From positions 8,396 to 72,395 of the forward strand of contig JAHJIY010000085.1 of the NCBI GenBank assembly GCA_018823175.1: 64,000 bases of DNA, in the 5' to 3' direction. The notes under the pieces were generated by a model, which saw only the letters and a list, made by a program, of their open reading frames with translations, made no database searches and was not told where the DNA came from. The translations under genes and the position numbers were made by a program. This document shows, piece after piece, positions 10,433 to 20,045 of this stretch (the first letter of the stretch is position 1; each line of letters begins with the position of its first letter). This DNA comes from Pseudomonadota bacterium (lineage in GTDB: Bacteria; Desulfobacterota; Desulfobulbia; Desulfobulbales; JAHJIY01).

Positions 10433-10858
10433 TTATTTAATCTTGGATCGGAGATAGGAAATAGTATCATTAATAGTATCTGCCAATTCTTTGAGAGGGT
10501 CTTCCTCCCGTAACTTTATCTCTTTGTCAATGTTGCCAGCCTGAATGATTTTCAAATCTTCTTCTATCCGAAAAACAGGACCAGCCAATTTTTGTGGTAG
10601 GAATAAGGCCAGCAGAGTACCGCTAAACAAGCTGACAAAGGTACCGGCAAGGATAACTGGAATAAGCAGATCACTTACTTTCCTTATTTTGATGTGAGCA
10701 TCATAAAAAGAATTTCCGACTTCCTGGCTCGAATAAAAATACAGGATTATTGCCGCAATAATGGAGCTTAATAATACTGTTCCCAGTATTCTTGTCAACA
10801 ACCACATTTGAAATCTTTTTTTAACTTGGAGATTAAGTTTTTTTCTTTTGTATTGCAT
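10433..10858 (-). CDS. Small 2-TM + HAMP-like membrane protein with no output domain
   Basis: KRK...FQ N-terminus, two hydrophobic helices, LAGPVFR..GN...LR..D.L.ELA..IN HAMP pattern. Confidence 0.65.
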   Translation of the reverse strand: MQYKRKKLNLQVKKRFQMWLLTRILGTVLLSSIIAAIILYFYSSQEVGNSFYDAHIKIRKVSDLLIPVILAGTFVSLFSGTLLALFLPQKLAGPVFRIEEDLKIIQAGNIDKEIKLREEDPLKELADTINDTISYLRSKIK

Positions 10859-10914
10859 TGTTAGCCCGTCCTGTTTTTGAGGGTATACTTGTTTTTGTCA
10901 GGTTGGAGAAATTA

Positions 10915-12117
10915 TTACAGCATATCTTTATGACAACCTACGCAAAGTTCTTTATTGGATGCTTTTATCGTCCGGTATGGAAAGTCGGAACCATGTTTTA
11001 TATGACATGACATGCAGGTTATGCGACCATCCGGCAGAGTAGAATACTCAGGCGGGATGGTCATTCCTTTTTTTGGGTAGACGTTAACCGGATGAGAAAG
11101 CCCCTTTTTGTATTGTTGGTGGCAGTTAAAACAAATTGGGATGGTTAACACAAATGGTTCATTGGTGATTACATGCCGAACCACCTCAAGGCCTTCATCG
11201 TTGTTCCCGTATTGCGGTTTCTTCGTAAGATCCATGGTGCCGAGACTTATTGGAACTGATTGGTTAGCGGAAATTTTAACTAGATAGTTTCCATCGCTTT
11301 GGAATATTTCTGTGTCGATCTTGAAATCTTTGGCTTTTATTCCTTTTTCAACATTGTTGGTTTCAAGATTTGAGAATGTATTTTTTGTTGATAAAGTTAA
11401 TTGATCTGAGACCGTCTGGTTACCGAAAATATCTTCGGAAATTACCTTGAACAAGTATGTTTTGTTGGGCTTGATATCGGTCAGTGTTATTTGATGTTTT
11501 TTGGTGAAGAGGCTTACCTGGGGAGAATAGTTATTTAACTTCTTAAGTCCGTAATTGACCATTGAATTCGCCATTTCGTCAGTTTCCCAGCCGATTGTGG
11601 CTGAAAAAAACAGACCTTTCTCGACTTCGAGTACTTTTACGTTGGTTATTTTGGGAGGTGTATGGTCATTATCATATCGTTTTAGTTCAGCAAGCGGAGG
11701 TAACGGCAGTTCGTTTTGAATGATTTCTTTTTTGTTTACTTCTGCTTCAATTAAAAGGGTGGCCTTTGTTTCGATTAAAAGGCCAGTTTTGGCCTTGGAG
11801 GCAGGAAAGTTGAACCAGTGAACCTGGCTTGGAGTGTAATTGCGACCAAGCCATTTGACGCGGTTCCGCTTTTCGGCCGCTTCTGCATAAAGTTCTTTTT
11901 CCGAGGGAGGAGCGGTATGGCAATCCTGGCATTTTTGTTGTAAAAAAGGTAGGTGAACAAATCGTTTCGAACTCCCTTCCTGCCAGATATCATCATGGCA
12001 GTCGAGACATTTTTCGGCGGCTGATGTCTCGGCAAGGGCCGTTCCGGTCATGGTGACAAAAAGAAGGGCGACCAAGAGGAAAAATCCATAATAATATTTA
12101 TATAGAACTTTAAGCAT
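10915..12117 (-). CDS. Pentaheme c-type cytochrome with internal FN3-like domain
   Basis: Signal peptide (ALA); 5 CxxCH (2 N-terminal, 3 C-terminal); SATIGWETDE...H.ITLTD.KP.KTY.F.V.SEDIFGN fibronectin-III-like segment. Confidence 0.85.
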   Translation of the reverse strand: MLKVLYKYYYGFFLLVALLFVTMTGTALAETSAAEKCLDCHDDIWQEGSSKRFVHLPFLQQKCQDCHTAPPSEKELYAEAAEKRNRVKWLGRNYTPSQVHWFNFPASKAKTGLLIETKATLLIEAEVNKKEIIQNELPLPPLAELKRYDNDHTPPKITNVKVLEVEKGLFFSATIGWETDEMANSMVNYGLKKLNNYSPQVSLFTKKHQITLTDIKPNKTYLFKVISEDIFGNQTVSDQLTLSTKNTFSNLETNNVEKGIKAKDFKIDTEIFQSDGNYLVKISANQSVPISLGTMDLTKKPQYGNNDEGLEVVRHVITNEPFVLTIPICFNCHQQYKKGLSHPVNVYPKKGMTIPPEYSTLPDGRITCMSCHIKHGSDFPYRTIKASNKELCVGCHKDML

Positions 12118-12330
12118 GCTGATCCCTTAAAATATTTGTTAACCCGGACTGACAGGTTTTTGTGGTAATAATGCACGTGGCAATATCACAACAGGGTTTA
12201 GATCAACTTTTTCATTTGGATGAATGTTTACTTTTCTCAATATCAGAATAATCATATCACATTGTAAGGGTGTGGGCAAAGAAGAAAATTTACGGAAACC
12301 AGAGAAAAAATTTATTGGTTATAAACGAAA

Positions 12331-12366
12331 AAAAAGCCCCTATCCTTTTGGATCAGGGGCTTTTTG
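12331..12366. terminator. Bidirectional rho-independent terminator
   Basis: A-run, GCCCT.ATCC-TTTT-GGAT.AGGGGC stem, T-run; just downstream of the gene ending at 12389. Confidence 0.65.
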
Positions 12367-12388
12367 GAAAGAAATTTAAATAGTTTGT

Positions 12389-13126
12389 TTATTCGACGGA
12401 TACCTTGGCATCTTCGATTATTATATCGTAACGATATCCGGACCCAAAATCCTTGTCGGCAGTCAGGGTGCCGCTGATTAAAACAGTGTCGCCAACCTTA
12501 ACCATTACGTCGGCGTCAGTAGTCACCGTAAGATCGTTTGTTCCCTGGCTACCACTACCGTCCTGTACATGGAGCCAGTTTTTACCCATGATCTGTTTTG
12601 TGAATTTTACGGCTTTGCCTCGGAACATAACGGGTTTGCCGTTGAGGTCCGCCTTCCCGGCATAAATTTCAGCAATGGTATGACCGTCAACCGCTTTCTC
12701 TATTCCGCTGAAATCGATTTGCTCAGGGCTTATCGTGCTTGGGTGGTCAGCCGGCATATCTGCTGATCCGATAGTCTGGTCCGCGCCAGCCACTATGATC
12801 AAGGAGACAAAGTAAATCATCTCAAATTCACGATTCAGGGTTTTGCTTTGGAAGTTTTGGATAGGAGAGCCCTGGGGCATGGAAACTTCATCGCCGACTT
12901 TGAGCGCGGTACGGGGCCCAGCGGCCCATATTTTTTCAGAGCCGGTATCAATTTGTACATAGGTGTAACCGGATGCATCCATGGTTTCAGTTACCGTACC
13001 CGATAGAGAGGCTCCTGGCTGGTTGATTTCGGTCGGGGCTTGTTCGACCGATTTGGTTTTTTCATCGTTACAGCCGACAGTCATGGTTAATAGAACACTT
13101 AATGATAATATGATAAATTTTTTCAC
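12389..13126 (-). CDS. OB-fold lipoprotein (NrfJ-related)
   Basis: GTG start after AGGAGG; lipobox TVGC; GYTYVQ..WAAGP, MPADHP and IMGKNWLHVQDGSG..KDFGSGY motifs. Confidence 0.72.
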   Translation of the reverse strand: MKKFIILSLSVLLTMTVGCNDEKTKSVEQAPTEINQPGASLSGTVTETMDASGYTYVQIDTGSEKIWAAGPRTALKVGDEVSMPQGSPIQNFQSKTLNREFEMIYFVSLIIVAGADQTIGSADMPADHPSTISPEQIDFSGIEKAVDGHTIAEIYAGKADLNGKPVMFRGKAVKFTKQIMGKNWLHVQDGSGSQGTNDLTVTTDADVMVKVGDTVLISGTLTADKDFGSGYRYDIIIEDAKVSVE

Positions 13127-13456
13127 GGTGTATTCCTCCTTGCGCATTTTATTTTAAACGCAAAATTTGTTGTTTTTGAAAAAGTAAAATAGGTTAATTG
13201 TTCAAATGTTATATTAATTAGTCTGGTAATTTTTTTGATCCCGGATGAATTACGATATTATCTCAGGGGGGTAAAATGACTTTATACTTCAATCGTTAAA
13301 AATATTTCTTTAAAATATATTATTTTAACTTAATCACAAAAAAATTTAAACATAACATATAGCGATTAACGCTGGCAACTGTTTTCGGTTAAGTATGGGT
13401 TTGTGTTTTTTTTGGCAAATGATTCCTGCCTTTGCTTTTCAAGTTTGGCTTTAATC

Positions 13457-13486
13457 TTGACAAACAACGATGAAATTAGATAAAAT
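13457..13486 (+). promoter_or_regulatory. Candidate sigma70 promoter for the octaheme cytochrome
   Basis: TTGACA-N18-TAAAAT in a very AT-rich divergent intergenic region. Confidence 0.5.
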
Positions 13487-13702
13487 AATGTGAAATATTG
13501 AGTATTTAATGCAACTTTATTTGATTTGGTTCTATCGAAAAGACGGCGTAATATTCCGGCAAGTTTTTTTTGTATAAGAACTATGAAAACAATTGTTTAA
13601 ATCAATTAATTATTATTGAGTTAGTAGAATTTTTATCCTTATTTATGATTTATCAGATATTGAGTAGCATCAATTTTCAGCAGGTTTGTCCGGAGGGACT
13701 CA

Positions 13703-15031
13703 ATGCCCACAAATAAACGATTACTTTCTGTTTCAGTTATTTTCCTGTTTGTCTGTCTAGGAATTTCCATCTTTGCGGGCGATCTTTTTGCTGGTCTTTA
13801 CCTGGATTCCGGACATGGGGGGAGCAATGTCGGCGGACAAGGAGTTATCCGCCTGGTTGGTTACGCCGCTGGTAATTGTGCTCATTGTCATGAACAACAT
13901 GCCAGTATCGGCGGTTCTGAACCGGTACCGAATGACAGTAAGGCTTCTGAGAGGTTGTTATTTAGTGATTTGAAAACCAGCGGATATGACGATAATGATT
14001 TTTGTCTTTATTGTCATGGCGGAACGATTGGTTTTTCAAATGGGGAAGATGATATTGCTGCTCAATTTTCTAAAGCACCTAATTTACAACATGATCCCGG
14101 GACCAATAAATCATTAAATCTGGTTAATGGACCGGTCACCTGCCTGAAATGTCATAATCCGCATGTGGCGCAGTCAAGCCCACCAACAAATACTCATGAT
14201 GAGGCGGTAGATGGTAATCTGGTGACTGGTCCTGGTTCTACCGTGGTTTCAGGTGCTTTGCAGGGGGTCAGTGGAGTCAGTGCATCCTGGGTAGTTCCTA
14301 CCGCACCGGATCCTGGAGCAGAAAATCTTAGCAATCCCACTTATACTGACATTGATCCGATTACTATGGAATATGAGCTTTGTTTGAAATGCCATAGCAC
14401 TGAAGAATCGGCCAGTCCGAATCCTCTAACTCCGCTTGGCGGTCAATTTAATCCAAATAATTACGCCACTCATCCGATTGCGACCACGGCATGGAAGAAT
14501 ACATGGCTTGTCACTAATGCTGGCTCCGGGATGAAAGCACCATGGAATACAGCCGTTGATCAATCAATGTATTGTAGTGATTGTCATGGGAGTGATGGCA
14601 GTGGGTCGCCGGCGGTCGGTCCGCACGGTTCGACAAATGCTTATATTTTAAAGGCTGTCGGCCCAGGTGTGTCCTATGATAATTTATGTGTCAGCTGTCA
14701 TAATACTCTGGCTGCGGGTGGGACTTCTTGGGGGGGGGGCGCCACAGGGCATCATAATCCTCAGCATCAGGAACCAATAAATCCATTGGGATGTGTCGCC
14801 TGTCATGGTGGTAGTTTCGCAAATGGTGACCGGGCAGCCAATATTCATGGCACTAATTATCTGGCACCAACTGTTGACCCTGACCCTGGTCGAACGTCAA
14901 ATAAATTTTTAATGCTGGTTAATAATTATGTGACTGCCAGTAACTATACCGGAACGGATACCGTAGGCAATCGGCAATGCACAACAGTTCCCGGGTGTCA
15001 CTCTAATCCTGGAGGAACACGTACTTTTTAG
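13703..15031 (+). CDS. Secreted multiheme cytochrome c (7 CxxCH + 1 CX5CH; putative octaheme, likely extracellular)
   Basis: Signal peptide; CAHCH, CLYCH, CLKCH x2, CSDCH, CVSCH, CVACH and terminal CTTVPGCH; G/S/T/N/P-rich, low heme density. Confidence 0.88.
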   Translation: MPTNKRLLSVSVIFLFVCLGISIFAGDLFAGLYLDSGHGGSNVGGQGVIRLVGYAAGNCAHCHEQHASIGGSEPVPNDSKASERLLFSDLKTSGYDDNDFCLYCHGGTIGFSNGEDDIAAQFSKAPNLQHDPGTNKSLNLVNGPVTCLKCHNPHVAQSSPPTNTHDEAVDGNLVTGPGSTVVSGALQGVSGVSASWVVPTAPDPGAENLSNPTYTDIDPITMEYELCLKCHSTEESASPNPLTPLGGQFNPNNYATHPIATTAWKNTWLVTNAGSGMKAPWNTAVDQSMYCSDCHGSDGSGSPAVGPHGSTNAYILKAVGPGVSYDNLCVSCHNTLAAGGTSWGGGATGHHNPQHQEPINPLGCVACHGGSFANGDRAANIHGTNYLAPTVDPDPGRTSNKFLMLVNNYVTASNYTGTDTVGNRQCTTVPGCHSNPGGTRTF

Positions 15032-15130
15032 TAATTTTCGTGAGGTGCAAAGAGATGAGTAACTCAAAGAGTATTTGTCTCACAACATGATTTAGGGCTC
15101 GGATTGTCAGTTTCTGAGAATTAATTAAAT

Positions 15131-15165
15131 AAAAAGGGGATATCTTTTAAAGATATCCCCTTCTT
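15131..15165. terminator. Bidirectional terminator between convergent genes
   Basis: AAGGGGATATCT-TTTAA-AGATATCCCCTT inverted repeat with flanking A/T runs. Confidence 0.75.
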
Positions 15166-15184
15166 ATTTATGGTGTGATTTTGA

Positions 15185-16654
15185 TTAATTAATAACTGAT
15201 ATCCCTACAGGTTTGGCCCCTAGTTCTATAGTGCTGTTCATCCGGTTGGAGGTAATATCTACTACGCTTAAGCCTTTTGAGTTTTCATCTCCGATATAAA
15301 GCCATTGGTGATTTTCAGTTATAGCCATTTCCAGTGGTCGTCGGCCGATTTTAATCTCTTTTGAAGCAGTAAATTGCCCTGGAATCAGTAGTGAAGCAGT
15401 ACCATCCAGAAAATTTGTTATGTATATGCTGTTGGAGGTTGCAATAAGTCGCCGCGGAGAAAATCCCACATTAAACCTCTTGATAATTTTTCTGCCGGTT
15501 AACTCGTAAATGGCAACGGTATTAACTTCCGGTTCTGTAATGTACAACAGGTCATCCCAAACCATTAGGCCCAGGGGGGGGCTACTTACAGGAAAAGACT
15601 CTATAATTTTAAGGTTGTTGGGGTCAACCAGGTATACCGATTGATCCATGGCGGAAGAAACAGCAAGAAGACCTTGTTCTTGCATGTAAAGCACATATTG
15701 CGGGTGCTGTCCTATTTTTAGTTGATTTGTAATGTTGCCGGTCTGCAGATCAAGATTAATCAGGAGATTTTTTCTGCCGTCCAGAATATAGGCCCGGCTG
15801 GTATCCTTATTTAGTGCCATATGGACGGGATCAATCAGTGTAGGTATCTTTATGATGTCCAGCAGGAGATTGGTTGAAAGGTCGATGACCTTAACGGCGG
15901 ATTCATCAGCCGCCAGGATATAGAGGCGGTGGGTCGCCAGGTTAGTTGCCAGGTAGGTGGGACTTCCTGATACTCCTAATGAACCATACACCATGTTTTT
16001 ATCGGTCCGGACGATATAGATGGTGTCGATTTCCGGGCAGGCGATATACGCCAGATTGGTGATTATCGGCAGGGTCTGCGAGCTGGTTACCGCAACAACC
16101 ATTTTGTCCATCCGGTTGTCTTTGATTGAAGCGTTCACATCCCAATCCAGGAAGAAGGAGTGACTATTCCCTTGCGCCATATTCAAAGGTGCAGGTAATA
16201 CTATTTCAGTAAATGGTTTCGTTACAGTTATCGGAATTTTTTTGCCTTCTTCTATGAATGCGGCTTTGGTGGTTGTTATCCTGATTTGAATATAATCGCC
16301 GGTTGGCATTATTTTTCTACCGATGAAAATTTGTTCTTTTCCTAACTTTGCTGTGTCTATTTCGAGAGGACCGGAGGTGATAGTGAGCCAATTATCACCA
16401 TTGAGTACTTCAATCGCTGAGATTTGGGTCCATATATGAGGCACATCAGGTTGTCGTAAATTCAGGAAAAGAGACAGTCGACCACCGGTATTGGGATCCA
16501 TCCCAACAATACAGGTCGCATCTAATGTTTTCTGGGAGGATTGGGGGATGGTCAGGCAGCCGACGGGTAGAAACAATATCAAGACAAGGAGTAAACGCTG
16601 AATAACAGTATAAAACATGCAGTGGTAGGTTGTGGCGTTACTGTTATTATTCAC
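15185..16654 (-). CDS. Lipoprotein with DUF4382-like N-domain and YVTN/YncE beta-propeller (OscD-like)
   Basis: Lipobox PVGC; GDY.QIR and LDWDV N-domain; repeated blade motifs (LYI..., VID, VG..P); last gene of the cytochrome operon. Confidence 0.72.
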   Translation of the reverse strand: MNNNSNATTYHCMFYTVIQRLLLVLILFLPVGCLTIPQSSQKTLDATCIVGMDPNTGGRLSLFLNLRQPDVPHIWTQISAIEVLNGDNWLTITSGPLEIDTAKLGKEQIFIGRKIMPTGDYIQIRITTTKAAFIEEGKKIPITVTKPFTEIVLPAPLNMAQGNSHSFFLDWDVNASIKDNRMDKMVVAVTSSQTLPIITNLAYIACPEIDTIYIVRTDKNMVYGSLGVSGSPTYLATNLATHRLYILAADESAVKVIDLSTNLLLDIIKIPTLIDPVHMALNKDTSRAYILDGRKNLLINLDLQTGNITNQLKIGQHPQYVLYMQEQGLLAVSSAMDQSVYLVDPNNLKIIESFPVSSPPLGLMVWDDLLYITEPEVNTVAIYELTGRKIIKRFNVGFSPRRLIATSNSIYITNFLDGTASLLIPGQFTASKEIKIGRRPLEMAITENHQWLYIGDENSKGLSVVDITSNRMNSTIELGAKPVGISVIN

Positions 16655-16736
16655 TCCTGTCTCCTTCTGGAAAAAGTAATAATATTTTTGGCAGTTGATT
16701 GTGAAATTATATGAATAAATTACCTCCGATTACAAA

Positions 16737-17789
16737 TTATTTTTTGGTGGTATGACACTCGCCGCAACCATCATAACCACCGGCGGGCCAATTTTTATAG
16801 TCCCAGCGAAGATTGGCATCGTATGGGCTGCCATGGGCCCGGTGGCAGGATAGGCACATGACGATTGCATCAGCAGGCCCGTCTAGTATTGTAGATTGAG
16901 TACCTCCTATTACGTCAAGATCACTTGCTACCGGAGAGACTACACTATAATTTTTACCCGCTGGTCCGTATTGGGAAATATCGGAGTTACCCATATCATA
17001 ATCGCTTGGATGACGGACCCAGGGATTTGTAAATATACCCTCAGTGACACCTTTATTGTCCGCACCACTGTGAAAGTCACCATGGCAATTGGCGCAGAGA
17101 TAATTGATGGAAGTTGGGTCTAAATCGGACTCATTAATCCGGTCTTTGGCGTTATACTGATTGTGGTTGAGGTTATCAACGGTCAGTTCCCAATCCACGT
17201 CTTCAATGCCGGCAATCCCGTCAAGGAAACGGTAACTTTCGCTGAGGGAGGCACCGGTTGTCGCCGCCGGCGTATTACTGTGGTGGGTTTTGTACATTGA
17301 CATCGTCGGGTTGATTACACTTCGATTGCCGTGGCAACCCCTGCTGCCGGCACATTGCAGAGGCGCGTAATTTGTTGATGTAGGGTTCCCCGGTGCTGGT
17401 CCTGAGGGAAAAAAGGCTACGCCGTCCACATTATGACCTTGTGCATTACTGCCTTCGGAAACCCAGCGGAAGTTCCCGCCGGCCAGAGTATTTCTGGTTG
17501 ACGCTCCACTTTCGGTTCCTGTGGTGTCATAGTCGGCGGTGGGGTCGAATACGTATGGTGTACTTCCCTCCGAGTTTGTTCCCTGGTGGCATCCATAGCA
17601 GGTGTTGATCAATAAGGCCTCGTTGCCGGTGGTGTAGGCGGCGGAACCCATGGTCTTGCTGTCCTGGCTGTTGTGCATGGTATGGCAGTTGGCGCAACGA
17701 TCCGACATAGCCGCCGTTCTGGCCAGGCAGATACCAGGTGCTGTCAGGAAAAAAGCCACAATAATAAACCATGGTTTCTTAGCCATCAT
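16737..17789 (-). CDS. OmcS/OmcX-like hexaheme cytochrome c (copy 2, operon-internal)
   Basis: Signal peptide; CANCHTMHNSQ, CYGCH, LAGGNF.W, GHNV, CAGSRGCH (CX5CH), SYRFL, CANCHGDFH, RHP, CLSCHRAHGS and terminal CGECH in OmcS order. Confidence 0.87.
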   Translation of the reverse strand: MMAKKPWFIIVAFFLTAPGICLARTAAMSDRCANCHTMHNSQDSKTMGSAAYTTGNEALLINTCYGCHQGTNSEGSTPYVFDPTADYDTTGTESGASTRNTLAGGNFRWVSEGSNAQGHNVDGVAFFPSGPAPGNPTSTNYAPLQCAGSRGCHGNRSVINPTMSMYKTHHSNTPAATTGASLSESYRFLDGIAGIEDVDWELTVDNLNHNQYNAKDRINESDLDPTSINYLCANCHGDFHSGADNKGVTEGIFTNPWVRHPSDYDMGNSDISQYGPAGKNYSVVSPVASDLDVIGGTQSTILDGPADAIVMCLSCHRAHGSPYDANLRWDYKNWPAGGYDGCGECHTTKK

Positions 17790-17804
17790 AATCCTTACTC
17801 TCCT

Positions 17805-18701
17805 CTATCGGCTAAAAATCTCTACTCGACCGTTACCCGAATCAACAACGCAAAGTCTTCCCCAAGGGTCGAATAATAGATCCTCCGGATAATAAAGCTC
17901 CCCCCGGCCATGACCTTTGCTCAGGAAGTTATATTTGAAAGAGCCGGTTTGATCAAAAACTGCAATAGTTCCATTGTGTCGATCAAGAATATAAAGAAGT
18001 CCGGCCGGTCCGATCTCTAAAGCAAAAGGAAAAGCCAGGCTGCCTTTTAATTGAATTTTTTCAGATTGAGGGCCGTCTGTATTAAATTTATAAACCGCCT
18101 TTTCGGTCCGGGCCAAGGCCCAAATATTCCCGGATTTGACCGTGAAATCAATGAAGCCGCTGGTGCATTCAGGGCAGCCGTAATGTTTAATTCCTTTTAA
18201 TTTGCGGTCAAAAAGAATTATATCTCCGGAAGATTTGTCCAGAAGATAGGTGTTTTCCCCATCAATAAAAAGTCGGTCGGGAAAGACTGAAACGCCGCGA
18301 TATTGAAGGGAGTGGTTTTCTATTTTTTTCTCTTTGAGGTCTATTTCGGTTAAACTGTTTCTTCCTTTTTCGATGACCCACATTAAACCGTCTTTCTCGC
18401 GAACAATATCAGTAGGCGTCTTAAGTTTGTTGCTGGCGCTGAATGCATTAAGATAGATCCCTTCTCGCTTAAACGAAAGAAGTCGGTTGTTGCCGGCATC
18501 AGCGACATAATAGCGTTCCAATTCCTGGTCGACAAAAATATTCCCCGGCAGCAGCATGGGCTTAGTTTTGTCATCGTTGGGTTGATCGCCTCGCAAGCTA
18601 AATTGCCATTGCCATGGATCTTTGGCCAAGGCAGAGGTAAAACACCCTGAGACCAGGATGAAAAGAGACAATATAATAATCGTCAAATGTGTTTTTCTCA
18701 T
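17805..18701 (-). CDS. NHL-repeat six-bladed beta-propeller protein, exported
   Basis: YVADAGNNR, YILDRHNG and G.G.GELYYP...VVDSGNGRV NHL repeats; N-terminal signal. Confidence 0.85.
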   Translation of the reverse strand: MRKTHLTIIILSLFILVSGCFTSALAKDPWQWQFSLRGDQPNDDKTKPMLLPGNIFVDQELERYYVADAGNNRLLSFKREGIYLNAFSASNKLKTPTDIVREKDGLMWVIEKGRNSLTEIDLKEKKIENHSLQYRGVSVFPDRLFIDGENTYLLDKSSGDIILFDRKLKGIKHYGCPECTSGFIDFTVKSGNIWALARTEKAVYKFNTDGPQSEKIQLKGSLAFPFALEIGPAGLLYILDRHNGTIAVFDQTGSFKYNFLSKGHGRGELYYPEDLLFDPWGRLCVVDSGNGRVEIFSR

Positions 18702-18872
18702 GTTCCGACCGTTTTATAAGAATTTAATCTGGTTAATCTCATCCCAAGGCCAATTATTTTTGGCTGGCCCCAGGGTCACCTCGGTTCTTGATTAAAATTT
18801 AGTATGTTTCCATCCAGACACTAACTAAATTACTGAATTTATAAAATATTGGACAAACAATCTTATCCATTC

Positions 18873-20045
18873 TTAATAACTTTTGTGGCACTGGATACAC
18901 AAATCTTTGCCGCCACTCAATTTAAGATTGAATTTGAAATTTGTGCCATGCGGATAGTGGCAACTGACACAAGTCACTTGTTGCCCGGTCCGAGGGTCAA
19001 GGACTGTTCCGCCAACCGGATGAGTAAACTGACCCTGGGTCTTATGACAGGAATCGCACACTTCAATGCCGTTGCCTTTCAGCATCGCCATATTATTTGA
19101 GCCGTGTAAGGCATGGCAATCACTACAGGAGCCGGTATCAGGATGGCTATGCAGGGTGTTATCATATCCGGCAAAGGTGTTGGCGTGGCAGCTGCGGCAA
19201 ATCTGATTCTGGCGGTTTTTCAACATGCTATTACTGTCCGCGGCGTGGGGACTATGGCATTTCACGCAACTATTAACCGCTTTATCAGTCAAATGATTAT
19301 GGGCCGATAAAAGCTGATCCATGATTTCTTCATGGCATTCCAGACATTTATCGGTTTTTACCGGTCCTTTTTCATGACAATCACTGCAGCCTTCTTTGTA
19401 TGGGGCATGCAAAACGTTACGGATCAGGTTCTTTCGTTCGCTACCATGTGGGTTATGGCAGGAAAGACATACGCGCAAACGACCGGGAAACCCTTGGTGT
19501 TTTTGTTGCAAGATATTTTCCTGATGACATTTGCTGCAAAGTTTGTCCGGCTCATCGTTAAGTAATTGAGCCCTTTCAGATTGATGGGCGCGATGACATG
19601 CCCCACAATCACCCTTTTCATAGGGTTGGTGGGTGTAATCATATTTTTTAAGCAGGGTCTTATGACACTTAAAACAGTTTTCACCGGGGGCGCTTTCATT
19701 CAATAATCCTTTATTTGACGAGGCGTGTGGGGCATGGCAAGACAGGCATTCCCCTTTTTTTACCGGTTTGTGAACGATGCCCTTGCTGAAAGATTCAATT
19801 TTATCCTGATGGCATTGGTAACAGAGTTCGGAGACTTCGCTTGATAAGAGATTTTTATAACGGGCAACATGCGGGTTGTGACATGAAGAACATTTGTTTT
19901 CAGCTACCGGGCTATGCACGACCTTGCCACTGAAATTTGCTTTTTTATGGCATTTAAAACAGGTAGTGTTGGCCTCCGCCGAAACAATACTGGTAAAAAA
20001 GCAGGTCAGTAATATTAACAGGGACAATTGAATGTTTTTGTTCAT
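18873..20045 (-). CDS. 16-heme periplasmic cytochrome c (doubled-CxxCH/DmsE-like repeats)
   Basis: 16 CxxCH counted; H.P...C..CH.PH...LL...LC..CH repeats; signal peptide; start overlaps the stop of the 26-heme gene (TAATG). Confidence 0.93.
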   Translation of the reverse strand: MNKNIQLSLLILLTCFFTSIVSAEANTTCFKCHKKANFSGKVVHSPVAENKCSSCHNPHVARYKNLLSSEVSELCYQCHQDKIESFSKGIVHKPVKKGECLSCHAPHASSNKGLLNESAPGENCFKCHKTLLKKYDYTHQPYEKGDCGACHRAHQSERAQLLNDEPDKLCSKCHQENILQQKHQGFPGRLRVCLSCHNPHGSERKNLIRNVLHAPYKEGCSDCHEKGPVKTDKCLECHEEIMDQLLSAHNHLTDKAVNSCVKCHSPHAADSNSMLKNRQNQICRSCHANTFAGYDNTLHSHPDTGSCSDCHALHGSNNMAMLKGNGIEVCDSCHKTQGQFTHPVGGTVLDPRTGQQVTCVSCHYPHGTNFKFNLKLSGGKDLCIQCHKSY

